Shown here: piece by piece, positions 20,883 through 33,784 of the stretch
Position numbering within the stretch: position 1 is the stretch's first letter
Layout of the letters: the number at the start of each line of letters is the position of its first letter
The notes under the pieces: model-generated
What the model was told of the DNA's origin: nothing
The model's input: only the letters and a program-made list of their open reading frames with translations
Databases searched by the model: none
Source of the DNA: Schmidtea nova
Lineage: Eukaryota
DNA: 64,000 nucleotides
Direction: 5' to 3'
NCBI GenBank assembly: GCA_044892505.1
Contig: CM097884.1
Span: 115,382,001 to 115,446,000, forward strand
Program-made: the position numbers and the translations under genes

Positions 20883-22221
20883 AATTATACTAAGATGCTT
20901 ATAGTACTACTAGTAATAATAACTAAATTGATAATAATAATAGTAATAATAATAATTATAATGATAATAATAATAATGCGCGTTATACGGCAATTCACCC
21001 AATATATTTCTTATATATTATTACGTAATAATTATAATAAAAATATAATAAATCCGTCTTATTTTTATATTATTTGACCAAATTGCTGTTTCTACTGTTA
21101 AAATGACAATAATACTAATCCTGATACCTATATTATCATTATTACTCGGTGTTACTACTTTCCTGGGTCAAAATTCCGTAATTTCTTCAATCTTTTAAAT
21201 TTCTTAGCGGCGATTTTCTACACTTTTTGCGGATTCCGGTGTCATATTCTATCTTTCGAGGTATTTTCCACTTGCCGGTGTTGCACACTCACTTTCTACG
21301 CTCCATGGACGTTATTTGAACAATTTTACTATTATTGGTTGTTCGTGGGATTCATTTGTCGCGGTTTGGTGTTTTTACTATTTTACCCGTGATTTTCTTA
21401 GACTTTTGGCCCATTCCGGCTCAACTTTTTATCCTATGCTATGTTTGATGTTTATTTGTATTAAAGACACTTATTCTACGCTCTGTTGTTATTATTCATT
21501 CTCAATTTCAATCGTTGGCGGTTCGTGGGGCTTAAAGATCGTTTTTTCGGCTTAACTTTTATTCGCTTTCGCGGTAATTTTGATTCGGAACTCTCTATTT
21601 TCCAAATTTTTGCCAAATCTTAATTCAAAATGGTACTTAAACAATATTCTCTACNNNNNNNNNNNNNNNNNNNNNNNNNNNNNNNNNNNNNNNNNNNNNN
21701 NNNNNNNNNNNNNNNNNNNNNNNNNNNNNNNNNNNNNNNNNNNNNNNNNNNNNNNNNNNNNNNNNNNNNNNNNNNNNNNNNNNNNNNNNNNNNNNNNNNN
21801 NNNNNNNNNNNNNNNNNNNNNNNNNNNNNNNNNNNNNNNNNNNNNNNNNNNNNNNNNNNNNNNNNNNNNNNNNNNNNNNNNNNNNNNNNNNNNNNNNNNN
21901 NNNNNNNNNNNNNNNNNNNNNNNNNNNNNNNNNNNNNNNNNNNNNNNNNNNNNNNNNNNNNNNNNNNNNNNNNNNTAATACTTATAATGGTATAAACGTA
22001 AAAATAATAATAGCAATATAAATAATATTAATAATCAAACATAAATTTTTCCCATTTTCGTCGAAAATACTCAAATGATTATTGATTTTTATAAAACTTT
22101 CACCAAATCTCGTTTTTCTTTAAAATACTTTTATCTTTCCAACGCAAAAACATTAACAAACTCCCACGTAAAGTCATTTCCATTGATTATCGCTTCAAAC
22201 AAAACAAACTAGATGAGATGA

Positions 22222-22239
22222 ATCCCGGCTGAGCCCCCA
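22222..22239 (-). promoter_or_regulatory. Primer-binding site, tRNA-Pro type
   Basis: Minus strand reads TGGGGGCTCAGCCGGGAT, 16/18 identical to the MLV tRNA-Pro PBS TGGGGGCTCGTCCGGGAT; 10 nt inside the 5' LTR. Confidence 0.88.
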
Positions 22240-22249
22240 AATTTTTATA

Positions 22250-25200
22250 TGGTGGGTTGTTGACCGTCAATATGACCTTGACGTTTCTATGGCTCTCATC
22301 AACAACCCAACACATAAAATGTTGAAATTACCACCTTGTTACCCGTCACTATGTAACGTTGGTACTGTAACAAGTGGGTGGGTATTCGCAATCAGTGAGC
22401 GTCGTCAATACGAAACTATGATTGACCGAATATCTCCTGGGTCCAAGGGCTACCGATAGAAGGTTTCTTGCCCATTTTGTCCCTTCTTCGACGATTTATC
22501 TATAAGCTTTCAATAAAAATTTTCATCGGAAATTCAACATAAACACTCTGCATAACTATAAATTCATTAATACATCCAAATAAATTATTCCGAGCATCAA
22601 AACACTAATATAACCCTATATTTTACCAATATTGCATTTTATGATAATTAATACATAAAATTTTATATTTTTATAGAAAAATTTTGATCTGCAATTGAAA
22701 TTTAAGAAAAATTTTTAATTATTACCGTAATTTAATCCAGTTTAGAAATAATAAAAATAAAATTTCCGTTTGTTTAAAATTGCTAATTTAATCAAAAGGA
22801 CAAATTTACTCAATTTAAAAGTTATATTAATTTTAAAGGTAATTTTATGAATTTTTCGCTAAATTGATAAATTAACTATTTCTATAGTGCAGATCTACAA
22901 GAAATGGACCTTTCCAGAAACTACGAAGCCAGAGGAAAATTCTCCCACCCCAAACGGGTCAATCCGATTAGAACTCGAGCTCCTATGAAGCAAAATAGCC
23001 CGCTCTACCAACCAAGTAAAATTTTGATTATTTCAGAATTATAATTTATTTTGATCAATTTTAGAAAATTTCTTGAAGAGAATATGTGGGAAATGGCCCT
23101 TCAAGTACTACAAACCAAAAAAATTCTTGCCGGGGACTCTTATCCCTCAAACTGAATTTTTATTAATAAATCTTTAAAAAAAAAAAATCTTTTCGTTTTT
23201 ACTCTTTTTCGTTTGAGTTTTTATTATTTTTATTAAAAATAAACTGTAATGTAAATGGCCTATTTGGCTGGGTATATACAATTTTATATGGTAGGTTTGA
23301 ATAATAGAAATTTTTGTATGGTTTTTCTGGATGTATGTTGCCGACTAACATAACTGTGTAGAATTTTCAGTATTGTTTGCTTGTGTGTATATAACTATTG
23401 AATGCTAATAAATGATACGGTGTATGTGTGTATATTGTATTTTAAGTATACGTTGCTTGTGTATTAGCATGGGAAATGTTATTGAATGAAATGGATGTAA
23501 TTTTTTGCAAATAGGGATGCATTATGATTTTTGAGATATCGTGGGGGTATTTATAATATATATATATATAAATTATATAAAATATTTTTTTCAAAATTAA
23601 AATAATAATAATAATTTTTATATTAAAATAATAATAATAATTTTTATAATACTTTTATAAATTTTAGATTTATAATTTTACGAAAATAATACCATAATAA
23701 AATTTCCAATTTTTATATTATAAATTTTTATAATACTTTTTATAAATTTTACATTTATAATTTTGTAAAAATATAATAATAAACTTTCTAATTTTTACAA
23801 TACACATTTTCCTAATACTTTTTATAAATTTTAGATTTATAATTTTATGAAAATAATATAATAATAAAATTTCTAATTTTTATAATACATATTTTTATAA
23901 TACTTTTTATAAAAATTTTTTAATTTATAATTTTATGAAAGTAATATAATAATAAAATTTCAATCTATAAATTTTATGGGGTTTAATATAAATTTTGATT
24001 TTTCAAATTCTCGGGAATTTTATGAAATGATAAAATCTTTTATATATTAATAATATTAGGAACCAAATTTGGTTTACAATTTTTTCCATATAAAATCTTT
24101 TCAACATAATAAAAAGCAAATTTTTACTTCTGATCCAAATGAAATGATAATAAATTTTTATCCATAAGTTCCGAAATCTAAATAAGCATTTAATCAAAAA
24201 AAAATTTTTATAGGCTAAATAAAGATAAAATAAAAATAAGTTATAAATTTTTCAACGAATGTTTTTAATATCAAGTAAAGTAAATTTCGGTTTTGTTGAG
24301 CATGAATTTCCCAATCAAAGTGTACGCGAATTTTTCGGGACACTTCACTTAGAAATTTCAGGCTCTCGAAAAACAAGATTCACAGGAAAACTTATTTAGA
24401 CCATAATGAGCTTTAATTCAGATTAAATCAATACTTGTTTCACAATTTATTTCACTTCATGAGCATTATTCTAGACTTGAGCATTATTTCGAACAATTTT
24501 CTTTTCATCATCAGCATCCATTTTTCTTGCATTTTCTTATGAGATGAACGTTGTTGAGAGTGTGAAGGTGAAGGTGAGTACGAGTCGATTTTTTAATCAA
24601 TAATATTTCCTATTTTAGATTTCAAGACATGAGGTAGAAATTATTATGTTGTATTACGAAATTGCTTATGTAGATAATAAAAATATGATACTCTATTATA
24701 ATACAAATCATTAGTATAACAAAACCTTGCTCTTGGCCAAACCGCGGTTCCCCAGTTGGGATGACGCGAATTTGGATGTATGAGCCTCACCTTAAAGTGG
24801 AAATATGGGCTGGCCGATTACCAATCAGACAACGATCCACCCAGGCTACTAACAGATCCGCACAACTAAGGCTGGACGGATCGTCAGAAGATATGGGAGA
24901 TAAAAAAAAAATTTTTATTCATTTTTCTAATTTTATTTAATTTGCTACTTGAAATAAAAACTTTTTGAGTGTATTGGGAATTTGTAACAAACAAAAGTTT
25001 TTCAAGAAAAATTGAGAATAAACTAATCATTAAATATTTTAATAACATTATAATAAAAATACATGATCAATAAAATAATAAATAACATATTAAATAAAGG
25101 AGAGGAATGGGATGATCGTCAGGCATGATAGACGACCATTCCAATCCCCAATGAGAATAACCAAAATCAAACAAATCCTTACGTTCCAAGCTCGAATTTT

Positions 25201-26127
25201 CTCAGATTTGTAACAATACGGCTTCCAGACGTTCGTAAAGGATTCGTAGTGTCTCCAAAAATCTTCCCGAATCAAATTGGCAAAATTATTAAATTTGAAA
25301 TTCTTTCCCACAAACTCTTGTAGCAAAATCTTTCAAAAAGAATTCTAAATTCTTGGCAGCAAAATTTTTCAAAAGAGTTCTAAATTCTTGGCAGCAAAAT
25401 CTTTCAAAAGGATTCTTTTCTTTTCGGAAAAATTTTCACAAATTTTCACCAGATTCTGAGTTAGCAAAATAAAAGAAATAAGAATTTTTCCACACCAATC
25501 TGAGATCTGCCATTTTGATGGCGGTATATATACCATCAAATTTTCTCTATCTCCGGTAGTGCAATAAAACAAATTGTTCTAGAATTTTCTCTTAATTTTT
25601 TCTAAATTAATTCTAATGATTTTCCGAAAATTAATTCCATATTTTTGTATAATAATTTTTTATAAACTCTAAATAATTTATTTTAATTAAAAATTTTTAT
25701 GTTTGAATCGAAATTTGTTCGATTTGATTTAATTTATGATTTTCGATCCATATTAATTCTTTCTATTGTTAAATGTGAAATTTTGTGATAAATTCACAAT
25801 TTTCTTCTAAAATTTTGTTAATTTTTCTGCACTGAAGATTTTATGACAAAATTCTGTTCCTTATGGGCACTCTCCATGGGTTTTTTGCCTATTCTAGCTT
25901 CCAAACATTCTGCTTTTAATTTTTCTCGCGATTTCAGTGAAAATATTTATAAATTCGCAGTTAGCGCGCATTCTACCGGTTGATGTGTTTTGATTTATCT
26001 TCACCTTTTGGTGTTTTCCACTTAATTGTTGGATTTTCAATGGAAGCTAAGGTTAAAATGGAATCTTGCGCGTTCTCTACCTATGGGGTTATCGCTTTAT
26101 TAAAACACATTGCGTTTTGGCCCAACA
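22250..26127 (-). repeat. 5' LTR (3,878 bp)
   Basis: Near-identical to 2023-5900; followed on the minus strand by a 10-nt spacer and the PBS; imperfect terminal inverted repeat TGTTGGG/TGGTGGG. Confidence 0.92.
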
Positions 26128-26131
26128 ATTG

Positions 26132-26944
26132 ATAGAGCATTCTAGAGTTTGGAAAAGAAAACAGAAAAATAAAAATTGATAAATGATGAAAGGGTAAAAA
26201 AAATAAAACAATAAAACAGAGAAAGGTCACTTAAAAAATAAGACCAAGAAAACAAAATTAGAATTCCAAAATTCCAAAACAAAAAACGAAAATAAAACCG
26301 ATATCTTGACAGCTGTCAAAGATAACACGGGAACTGGGGAAAACATCGGGAAAGGCCAGCGACAAAAAGGAAAAAGTAAATAGTCCTGAGTGCCGAACGG
26401 CTATGGGTAGCACGGAAGCTTAAAAATAAAATTGGAAATGCCAGTCTCAGGAATGGAAGAAAAAGAATCATCACAAGTGCCGTAGAATGACAAACTATAT
26501 AAAGGGAGATACAACAGTTTTAGATAGAAGTTTGTGGAGAAGTTTGCGGAGAAGTATTACATCGAGAATTTGTAACAGAATTTTAAGCCAAGAAATTATT
26601 GAGAAATTGATCGAGAAAAGTTTATTGAGAAATTGATTATTGAAAAATTTATATATAAAGTTTTTAAACGGATTTCAAGTCAAAGAAAGAAAAGTTGGTT
26701 ATCCATTATTAAATCTAAATTATAAGTTGGTGATAGTTAGACATAAATTATATACGAGTGCTATTCCTCACATAACTGTTGTAGTAAGCACTGCATAATT
26801 GCCTCAGATTATTGATTGAGTGTATTAGTGTAATTGTGAAACCAGTTGTGATATCCATAAAAATTCCTGTTGTAATTATTATTCTATTGATTAATAAAGC
26901 ACGCATTCAAAGTCAGAAATTTGATTGGTAATTTTTAAACTTCA
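26132..26944 (+). repeat. LTR-like non-coding segment interrupting the old Gypsy (candidate solo LTR, itself interrupted by the giant element)
   Basis: TATATAAAGGG box, AATAAA near the end, CTTCA terminus, and the last 64 bp recur at 31333-31396; no TSD found. Confidence 0.35.
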
Positions 26945-27920
26945 CCAAACACCCAATAATCCAACACATTGAATAAACCAATTGCACTCAATCCAAGGAG
27001 ACAAACGACACACTTATCAGATAAAATTGAAAACCAAATTAAAGAAATGGAAACGCATGGAATTATTAAATTATGCGAATCCCCGTGGAATACACCATTG
27101 GTGCTCATAAAAAAAACAAAGAAATGAGGATATAAAACTTTATTTAGACTTAAGAGGGTTAAATAGTATTTTGAAAGACTGATGTTCTAATTGCCAAATA
27201 TGAATAAATTATTGGATGTTCTAAGTGACTTAAAACATTTTTCGATAATTGATCTTGAAATGTACATTACGAAGTCGAATTTATATAAAGATTCTAAACT
27301 TAAAACAGCATTTTTGACGAAAAGAAAAACAATATTGTTTTAATAGGATGCGTTTAGAATTTCATCTGCACCTGCGACTTTACAAAATAATGAATCAGGT
27401 TTTGATAGAGTTGAGTTGGAAAATGATGTTTTAATTTTTTAAATCTTTAGAAGAACATTATCAGCGATAGAAAGAGTATTTATAAAAATTGAGAAAGCAA
27501 GACTTAAAATCATATCCGCCAAGATGCTATTTTAAGAAAAACGAAATAAAATTTCTTGATCACATTATCAATAAAGAAAATGTTCAAGCAGATTCTGATA
27601 AAATATAAGCAAACAAAGATTTTCAAATTTTCAAATTGTTTTAAGCAGTTAAGGAATTTCTTTGGTTTAGTAAATTATTATAGAAAATTTATTCAAAAAT
27701 ATACAAAACATGGAAAGCCGTTGGAAGGTCTTCGTGGAAGTTAACAAAAGAAATTGATATGGACTAATAAATATGAAAGAAGTTTTAAATGTTAAAGAAC
27801 AAACGGAGTTCAACACCAGTTTTTGTATATCTAAATTTCCAAAGAAACTTTATATAAGATAAAGAAGCAAGTTTAAGTAGAATTGGTGTTGTATTTTCTC
27901 AAATACAAGAAAATGGCAAA
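26945..27920 (+). pseudogene. Decayed Gypsy RT-RNase H (right part of the older element)
   Basis: PIALNPRR...QIKEMETHGIIKLCESPWNTPLVLIKK, KTAF, SSAPATLQ, LRNFFGLVNYYRKFI; many stops and frameshifts. Confidence 0.85.
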
Positions 27921-29285
27921 TAAATCTATCACACAAAACACTCTGGAGAAATTAAATAAACAAAGTTTCCGATTTAAGGAAAAGGTGGAAGCTTAAATAA
28001 AGACAATAGATAGCAAAAACGCCGCCTTCAGAAGTTCGTGCAAGATTGATTTTTTATAAACAACTTGGTTTAGCGCAGAAAAGATAAAACTCTCTTAGTT
28101 ACAAATTCAAACAATTAAAAAGCAAAGTGAGGATGACACTTTACAAGGAAGAACACTATAAATCACGATCCAGGAACGGGATTGCGAAATCAATGAATTT
28201 TGAGTAAGATAGGGGTCAACAATGGCAACCAATCTACTGAGTACAACAATTATGATCGAACTGTTTCCACCGGGAAGCAGATCATCAACAACAACAATTC
28301 AGAAGCAGTACAAACCTAGTAAAATAGAGCGGACGCTTAATTAACAAAAGCGTGAAACCAGAATACTCAGTCAAATCATAATTCTTCCTCGCCAAATCTA
28401 ACTTACAGTGGAATACAATTTTAGTTTCGGATATTGTAGTAAAATTTTCTTTTGTTTATATTTTTAAATATTAACTTGAATATATGCATGATACTTTTCT
28501 TTTGTGAAACATGTTTTGAAAATAAAATATTTATTATTTAAATAATGGTTGTAATAATAATAAAAATAATTGAAAATGATTATAAAAAATAATGATAATA
28601 AAAAAATAAAATAATTATTTATTTGCCATTATTTAATGGTGTATTTAATGGACAATTTTTCATCAGACATATTCTAGGTAATTGCATTTACAATTTATTG
28701 TTTTTCAATGAGCATAGGTCATGAATTGATATTATGAAAAGATAAAGGGACCGTAATGTTAATGAGCACAAGTTTTCTATCGACAGCTCTTTAACCCATA
28801 CAGATTCTCGGTCAATTATATTTCTGGAAACAGCGCTATTTTTTGGCGAGTTTCCACCAATGAGTTATATTACCAACATTACTTTGCGATGGATAATTAC
28901 TGGTTATACAATAGTTATATACAATAGATAATTTTGATTTGTCCAATACTTATCTAAAGATGTCTTACTTTACTAAGTTAATTTTAAGACTTTACGAATT
29001 CTGGATCCAGATAATAATTGTCTAATCAAAATTTACGCTATACATTTAATCATTTTACTTTATTTTCGTATTTCAAAATAAATAAGTAGTAAGGCTTTTA
29101 GTAAAATGTGTTTTATCATACGCTTTATGTACAATAAATCAATAAATTAAAATAAAATATTAATTTTAATTATAAAATATTATTAATTTCAGAATTTTTA
29201 AATAATTTAAATACTTTTAACCCTAGCACTTTTGTTTTAATAATGCATATATTTTAATTATTTTAGAAATTTTAAATTTATTAAA

Positions 29286-29799
29286 ATGGTTAAATATATT
29301 ATTTTCTTTTAAAATGTCAATTAATATTCCTTATTATTATTTAGTTACCTCTCAGTTTAATAAAAGCTTGTATCAATAAACCAATTGTAAGTAATTTTAA
29401 AAACTGGAACACAAATTCATCACTATTCCTTAGTTAGTTGAATTGAAAAACAATGAAACATATAATGGACATTTGGCCATTGTTGACAGTTTTATGAATA
29501 TTCAGTTGAAAAAAGCCATTTGTACATCGAAAGATGGTGACAAATTTTGGAGCATACCAGAAGTTTATATTAAAGGAAATACAATCAAATTTATTCGAAT
29601 ACCGCCAGATGTTATTGATAATGTCAATGAAGAGGTGAAACTAAAAGCACCACCACGCACAACTTCTGGCTCATCTCAGTTCCGTGGAACTGGTAGAGGT
29701 GGTTATGCAGGTAACCAACAGGGCAGAGGAGGAGGTGCGCGTGGCCGTGGATTCACCAATCGTGGTGGTCGTGGCGGTCGAGGTGGCCGTGGCATTTAA
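29286..29799 (+). CDS. LSM4: U6 snRNA-associated Sm-like protein LSm4 (3 exons: 29286-29288, 29345-29386, 29434-29799)
   Basis: Spliced product [29 protein letters not shown]...DGDKFW...YIKGNTIKFIRIP plus an RGG tail matches LSm4; GT-AG introns of 56 and 47 nt. Confidence 0.96.
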
Positions 29800-30299
29800 A
29801 TAAATGTTTTGTCTTTTTTATTTTATATTCATAATTTTATGCTTTCTCATTAAAAATATATTTAGATTAATTGAAAATATTTAATATTAAAAATGACCCT
29901 TAAATTAATTAATTATTTATCAGTTCTTTTTATAGAGTTTATATTTGATCCCAATTTTTTATCTTTATTGAATATCAAAGAACTCTTTCCAAATTCTTCT
30001 GTTAAGTTTTGATTTAAAAATAATTTATAATCTATCTTAGTTTGATTATGTAAATTTTATATTTTCAGTATTATTAATTTATTTCAAAAAGCAAGTTATC
30101 TAAAAAATTTGAAACTTACAGCAATATTTATATTTCGAGGTCATAATATTATATTAGAACAATTTATTGAAACATTTTTTAAAGATTATAGATCAATTTT
30201 TTAGACGGTACACGACTATCAGTCTCTTAAATGTGTGGTGGGTGTCTGGCCTTGAATTTCTACTTTAACGGATGTTGTTTAGCAGTTATAAGATAGGAT

Positions 30300-30790
30300 T
30301 CCCTTGACTTCATCGTTATTCAGCGAGATATTAACATGAACACGTGATTGGCGCGTTCAATTTGGTACTGTATATCCGTGGTCAATAGGTTCTATTATCG
30401 CACTTTCCGTCTACGCCTACCAATTAATTACCTGTGCCGAAAAAAAATACCTTTATGTTTCACGTTACTTTAACCCGGTTGCGTCTTTCACTAATGCACA
30501 TTTCCAATTTACTTTTCAATAGTTTACTCTGACCGTTTTTTCATTTCTTAATTATACTGTTGGTACCATAGCAGAATGCTATTTTATGGTGATCAAATAA
30601 TTGTTGATTTAACCAGTAGTTAACCGTTGCAAGCAACGTTAGTGCTGTAACTAATGTATGGAAATACTCGCAAAAAGTGAAAGTTGCGTCCAAAACTATA
30701 CATGCTCGAGTAATTTTTTCGGGTTCATAAGCTATCGATAGAAAAATTGTTCTCGATTTCGGTGTTAATCTTGGTCTAGCTAGAAATATC
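30300..30790 (-). pseudogene. Possible highly decayed BEL/Pao RT fragment
   Basis: PEKITRACIVLDAT resembles the BEL K.R.VFDAS motif; the remainder is heavily degraded. Confidence 0.3.
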
Positions 30791-31029
30791 ATATTATTAT
30801 TTTATTCTAGAATACGAATGAAAAGTCATGTTTACAAGTTCATAATTTCATTATATTATTGTTGAGAGAAATAAAAATTTGTGTGTGATTAATTGTATGT
30901 CTAGAATTTTTGATTTTTCGAAAAAGAATAAACATAATTGTAAAATGTAGCTACTGAAAGATTTCTTAAATTTATGGTTAAGGAAAATATATAGATGGTT
31001 TTCACTTTTTGGACAAGTCGAGGTTGATA

Positions 31030-31325
31030 GGGCTCATATCAACATGAAAAGGATAGCCGAAGCAAGTGAAGATTGTTCAGAATGAGCTGATGAGTGTCTC
31101 ACTTGCAGCAGCTCATCAATTTCCAAAACTTCAGACTTTATCACGAGATGTACGAAGACATCGGAAACTGGCTGGACCAAATGATCACAGAGCAACCGTC
31201 CATTCATCCGTTTCAACCGAAATAATCTGATCCTCTTTGCAGTAGACGTTGATTTAGATTTCCTTTCCAGGTGCCAACATTGGTTTGCTAATGGAACATT
31301 TCGAGTAGTCCCAAATGGATTTTGC
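31030..31325 (+). pseudogene. MULE (Mutator-like) transposase fragment
   Basis: NNLILFA...DFLSRCQHWFANGTFRVVPNGF resembles the W..DGTF..VP motif of MULE transposases. Confidence 0.6.
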
Positions 31326-32173
31326 TCATCCTATTCTATTGATTAATAAAGCTTGCTTTTGGAGTCTGAAATTTGATTGGTAATTTTTAAACTTCATATA
31401 TATATATATAAATCGCTTAGTGGGAATATTGTCCAAAACAAAAATGTTTTGTATTTTGAAATAAATTAATTACAGTAAAAATTTTTTATTTATAAAAAGC
31501 AAAAAATGTTTATAATTCTTCTTTAATTTGATTACTGAGTATATCACCGTAACTAGTGACTTGACTTGCGGTCCACAAGCTATGCATATTAATTATTTCC
31601 AGGAAAGATAAAACTCCGTTATTGTCTGCATCCGTCTCACTAAATAAATGTTTAGCTACACTTTCAGCGACATACTCAAAACCTTAAAATAAATTAAATA
31701 GATTTCCTAATCGAGATTCACAAACTAACCAGGAGTTGCAAGTCTGATTATTTCCGTTCCATTTAAAACTCCGTCAGAATTGACATCAAATTCCTTGAAA
31801 TGTTGGAGTTCCAAAGAAGTTGTTTCGTTATTTAGGAAATCTAAAAATCATAACGTATTGAATTTGATATCCTTTAAAGACCAATAAAATCTTTAATCTT
31901 GCCCACCTTTGATCTTTTTAAGATTTCGTTTAGCTTTATTTTCTCAGACAATAGATAAAAATATTTTTGTTTTGTGTTATTACCGACTTATAAAGGAAGT
32001 TTTAAAAATTAGTGTTGAATTGAAAGAGAGTAATATTTCTTGATCAATTGTCTGGAAAAGGTTGTCATCAACGAAATCAATTTAAAATAGTTATAAAAGA
32101 TTAAAATTTTTATTGAAAATAAAATATCAGTTAAATATTAGTTAGGATAAAATTTTCAAATTGAATGACTTGT

Positions 32174-33109
32174 TTACTTTTTTCGTGGGGTAATTCGTTT
32201 GTTAGATCCAGGCCAGTTGTGACTGAGTATGATTTTGAGAAACGAAATAATTAATGCGATTATCGGATTCCATAATTTTCTGTGATTTTCCGGTTTCAAA
32301 ACCTTATCGGCAACATTAAGATAGTGCAAATATTCCAACGCCAACACGATCTTACCTGCATAGAACCAAACGGTGCTATCTAAGACACACAAATGATTCA
32401 TCAACTGGTAATCGGCAACGACCTTTTTCTTATTCAAAAGTTTAATAGACAATAACTTAATTAAAATATTTCCCTCTTTAGTTTATATTGCTGCTCCTAT
32501 ATCAATTAAAAAGTTTCTTTTTAATTTATCAACAGATTTAGCTGAAATAGTATCAATTAAAGATGAAAAACAAAAGGGAAATAAAATAAATAAAATATTA
32601 ACTGAATTGACCAATAGCCAACAACTACCAAATTATTTGATAAGGTCTAGAATAAAATACGAAAACTGTGATTTTGTTCTACTGGATCTGACAAACCCAG
32701 ATATTAAATCTCCTGGAAATATGGAGTCATTGATGATTAATGCTAGTGAAGTTTCTAGAACTCAAACTGTTAAGTTGTATTCAGCGTTTCCTTCTATCAA
32801 AGAAACTTGTTTTGTTGAGAATTCTGTTACAAAATCATCGTCTATCTCGTTCGACACATGATTCGCTAGATAAACCTTTGCAAAAACTCCTTTGCTAAAA
32901 CATTGATAAAGAGTGAAATATTTGATTGATAAGGATTTCGTTGTTGGTGATTCATTTGAATTGAAGGAATTCCCATGGTATCTACGAATGAAACTTGCGG
33001 TGGCTTTTTTCATATACTCTTCAACGTTGAACTCTAACGAATTACTGTCACAATCCGTCCTGAAATCAGTTTCATTTGATGACTCGTTTCCCATTGAACC
33101 ATAAAACAT
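32174..33109 (-). pseudogene. Degenerate AGC-family Ser/Thr kinase
   Basis: FSKGVFAKVYL (degenerate Gly-loop) and WFYAGKIVLALEYLHYLNVADKVLKPEN (HRDLKPEN lost); broken into several frames. Confidence 0.7.
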
Positions 33110-33784
33110 TCAAAATTCAGCAATTCTCACAAAATTCAAAACTTAAAAAAAAATCCTTCCAAACATAAAACCAATATGATTTATTTAAACGCACGTTTCG
33201 AATAAAAAAATTAAACACAATTAAAACTTTAAATTAAATTAAATTCTCATTCAGAAATCATCACGTTATTATTAGATAGATAAAACACAATTCAGTGAAA
33301 AATTCTGTCAAAAACTTGAAAGGAAGCTCATTATAGGGTGGTTACTTTTTAGAAAAAGGATGTAATGCAGATAAAGTTGTACCACAAAAGGGCCAGTTTA
33401 AGGATATAGCTTGATAAATTAAATTTCTAACTTACAAGAAACCAAATCAACTGATTCGATTCCAATGTAACAACAGTTGGGCAGGAATGCAATTGTCCCT
33501 AAATGGGAAATGTACTTTCAACACCCTGGGTCGTTTTTCTACTGCAATGGGAGTGAATTACACCTTAGTTCTGCCTTCTGTTACGTAGATGAAGAAGCAA
33601 AACCAAATAATTCAAAAGTAAAATTAGCAGTTTCCTTAATTTTGAAATCCTTTTTTTCTATTAAATGTTATTCTAAAGAGAAAGGTCATTCACTATTTAC
33701 CAAATAAACAAAATTACTGTAAATAAGCTTAATTATTAACGCATATTATACACATCATTCATTTTCACATAACAAAAAATTTAC

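Larger units (their letters stand above)
2023..26127 (-). mobile_element. Giant LTR retroelement (24.1 kb), apparently non-autonomous, carrying TRAF/IAP/RING/ankyrin cargo
   Basis: Direct repeats 2023-5900 and 22250-26127 (constant offset 20227) with TGGTGGG...CCCAACA termini; ATTG at 2019-2022 and 26128-26131; tRNA-Pro-like PBS at 22222-22239 sets minus orientation; all long internal ORFs are on the minus strand. Confidence 0.93.

Noticed and set aside
20713-21077. Ile-rich ORFs
   Set aside because: Translations of (ATA)n low-complexity sequence; the same applies to 60734-60937 over (TA)n.
21580-22016. ORFs spanning N runs (also 49295-50134, 55618-56679, 57372-57608)
   Set aside because: Artefacts of unknown bases.
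2023-26127. Integrated large DNA virus (IAP/RING-bearing) or simple segmental duplication
   Set aside because: No DNA polymerase, capsid or packaging genes were seen; TG...CA ends, TSD and a tRNA PBS point to retrotransposition.
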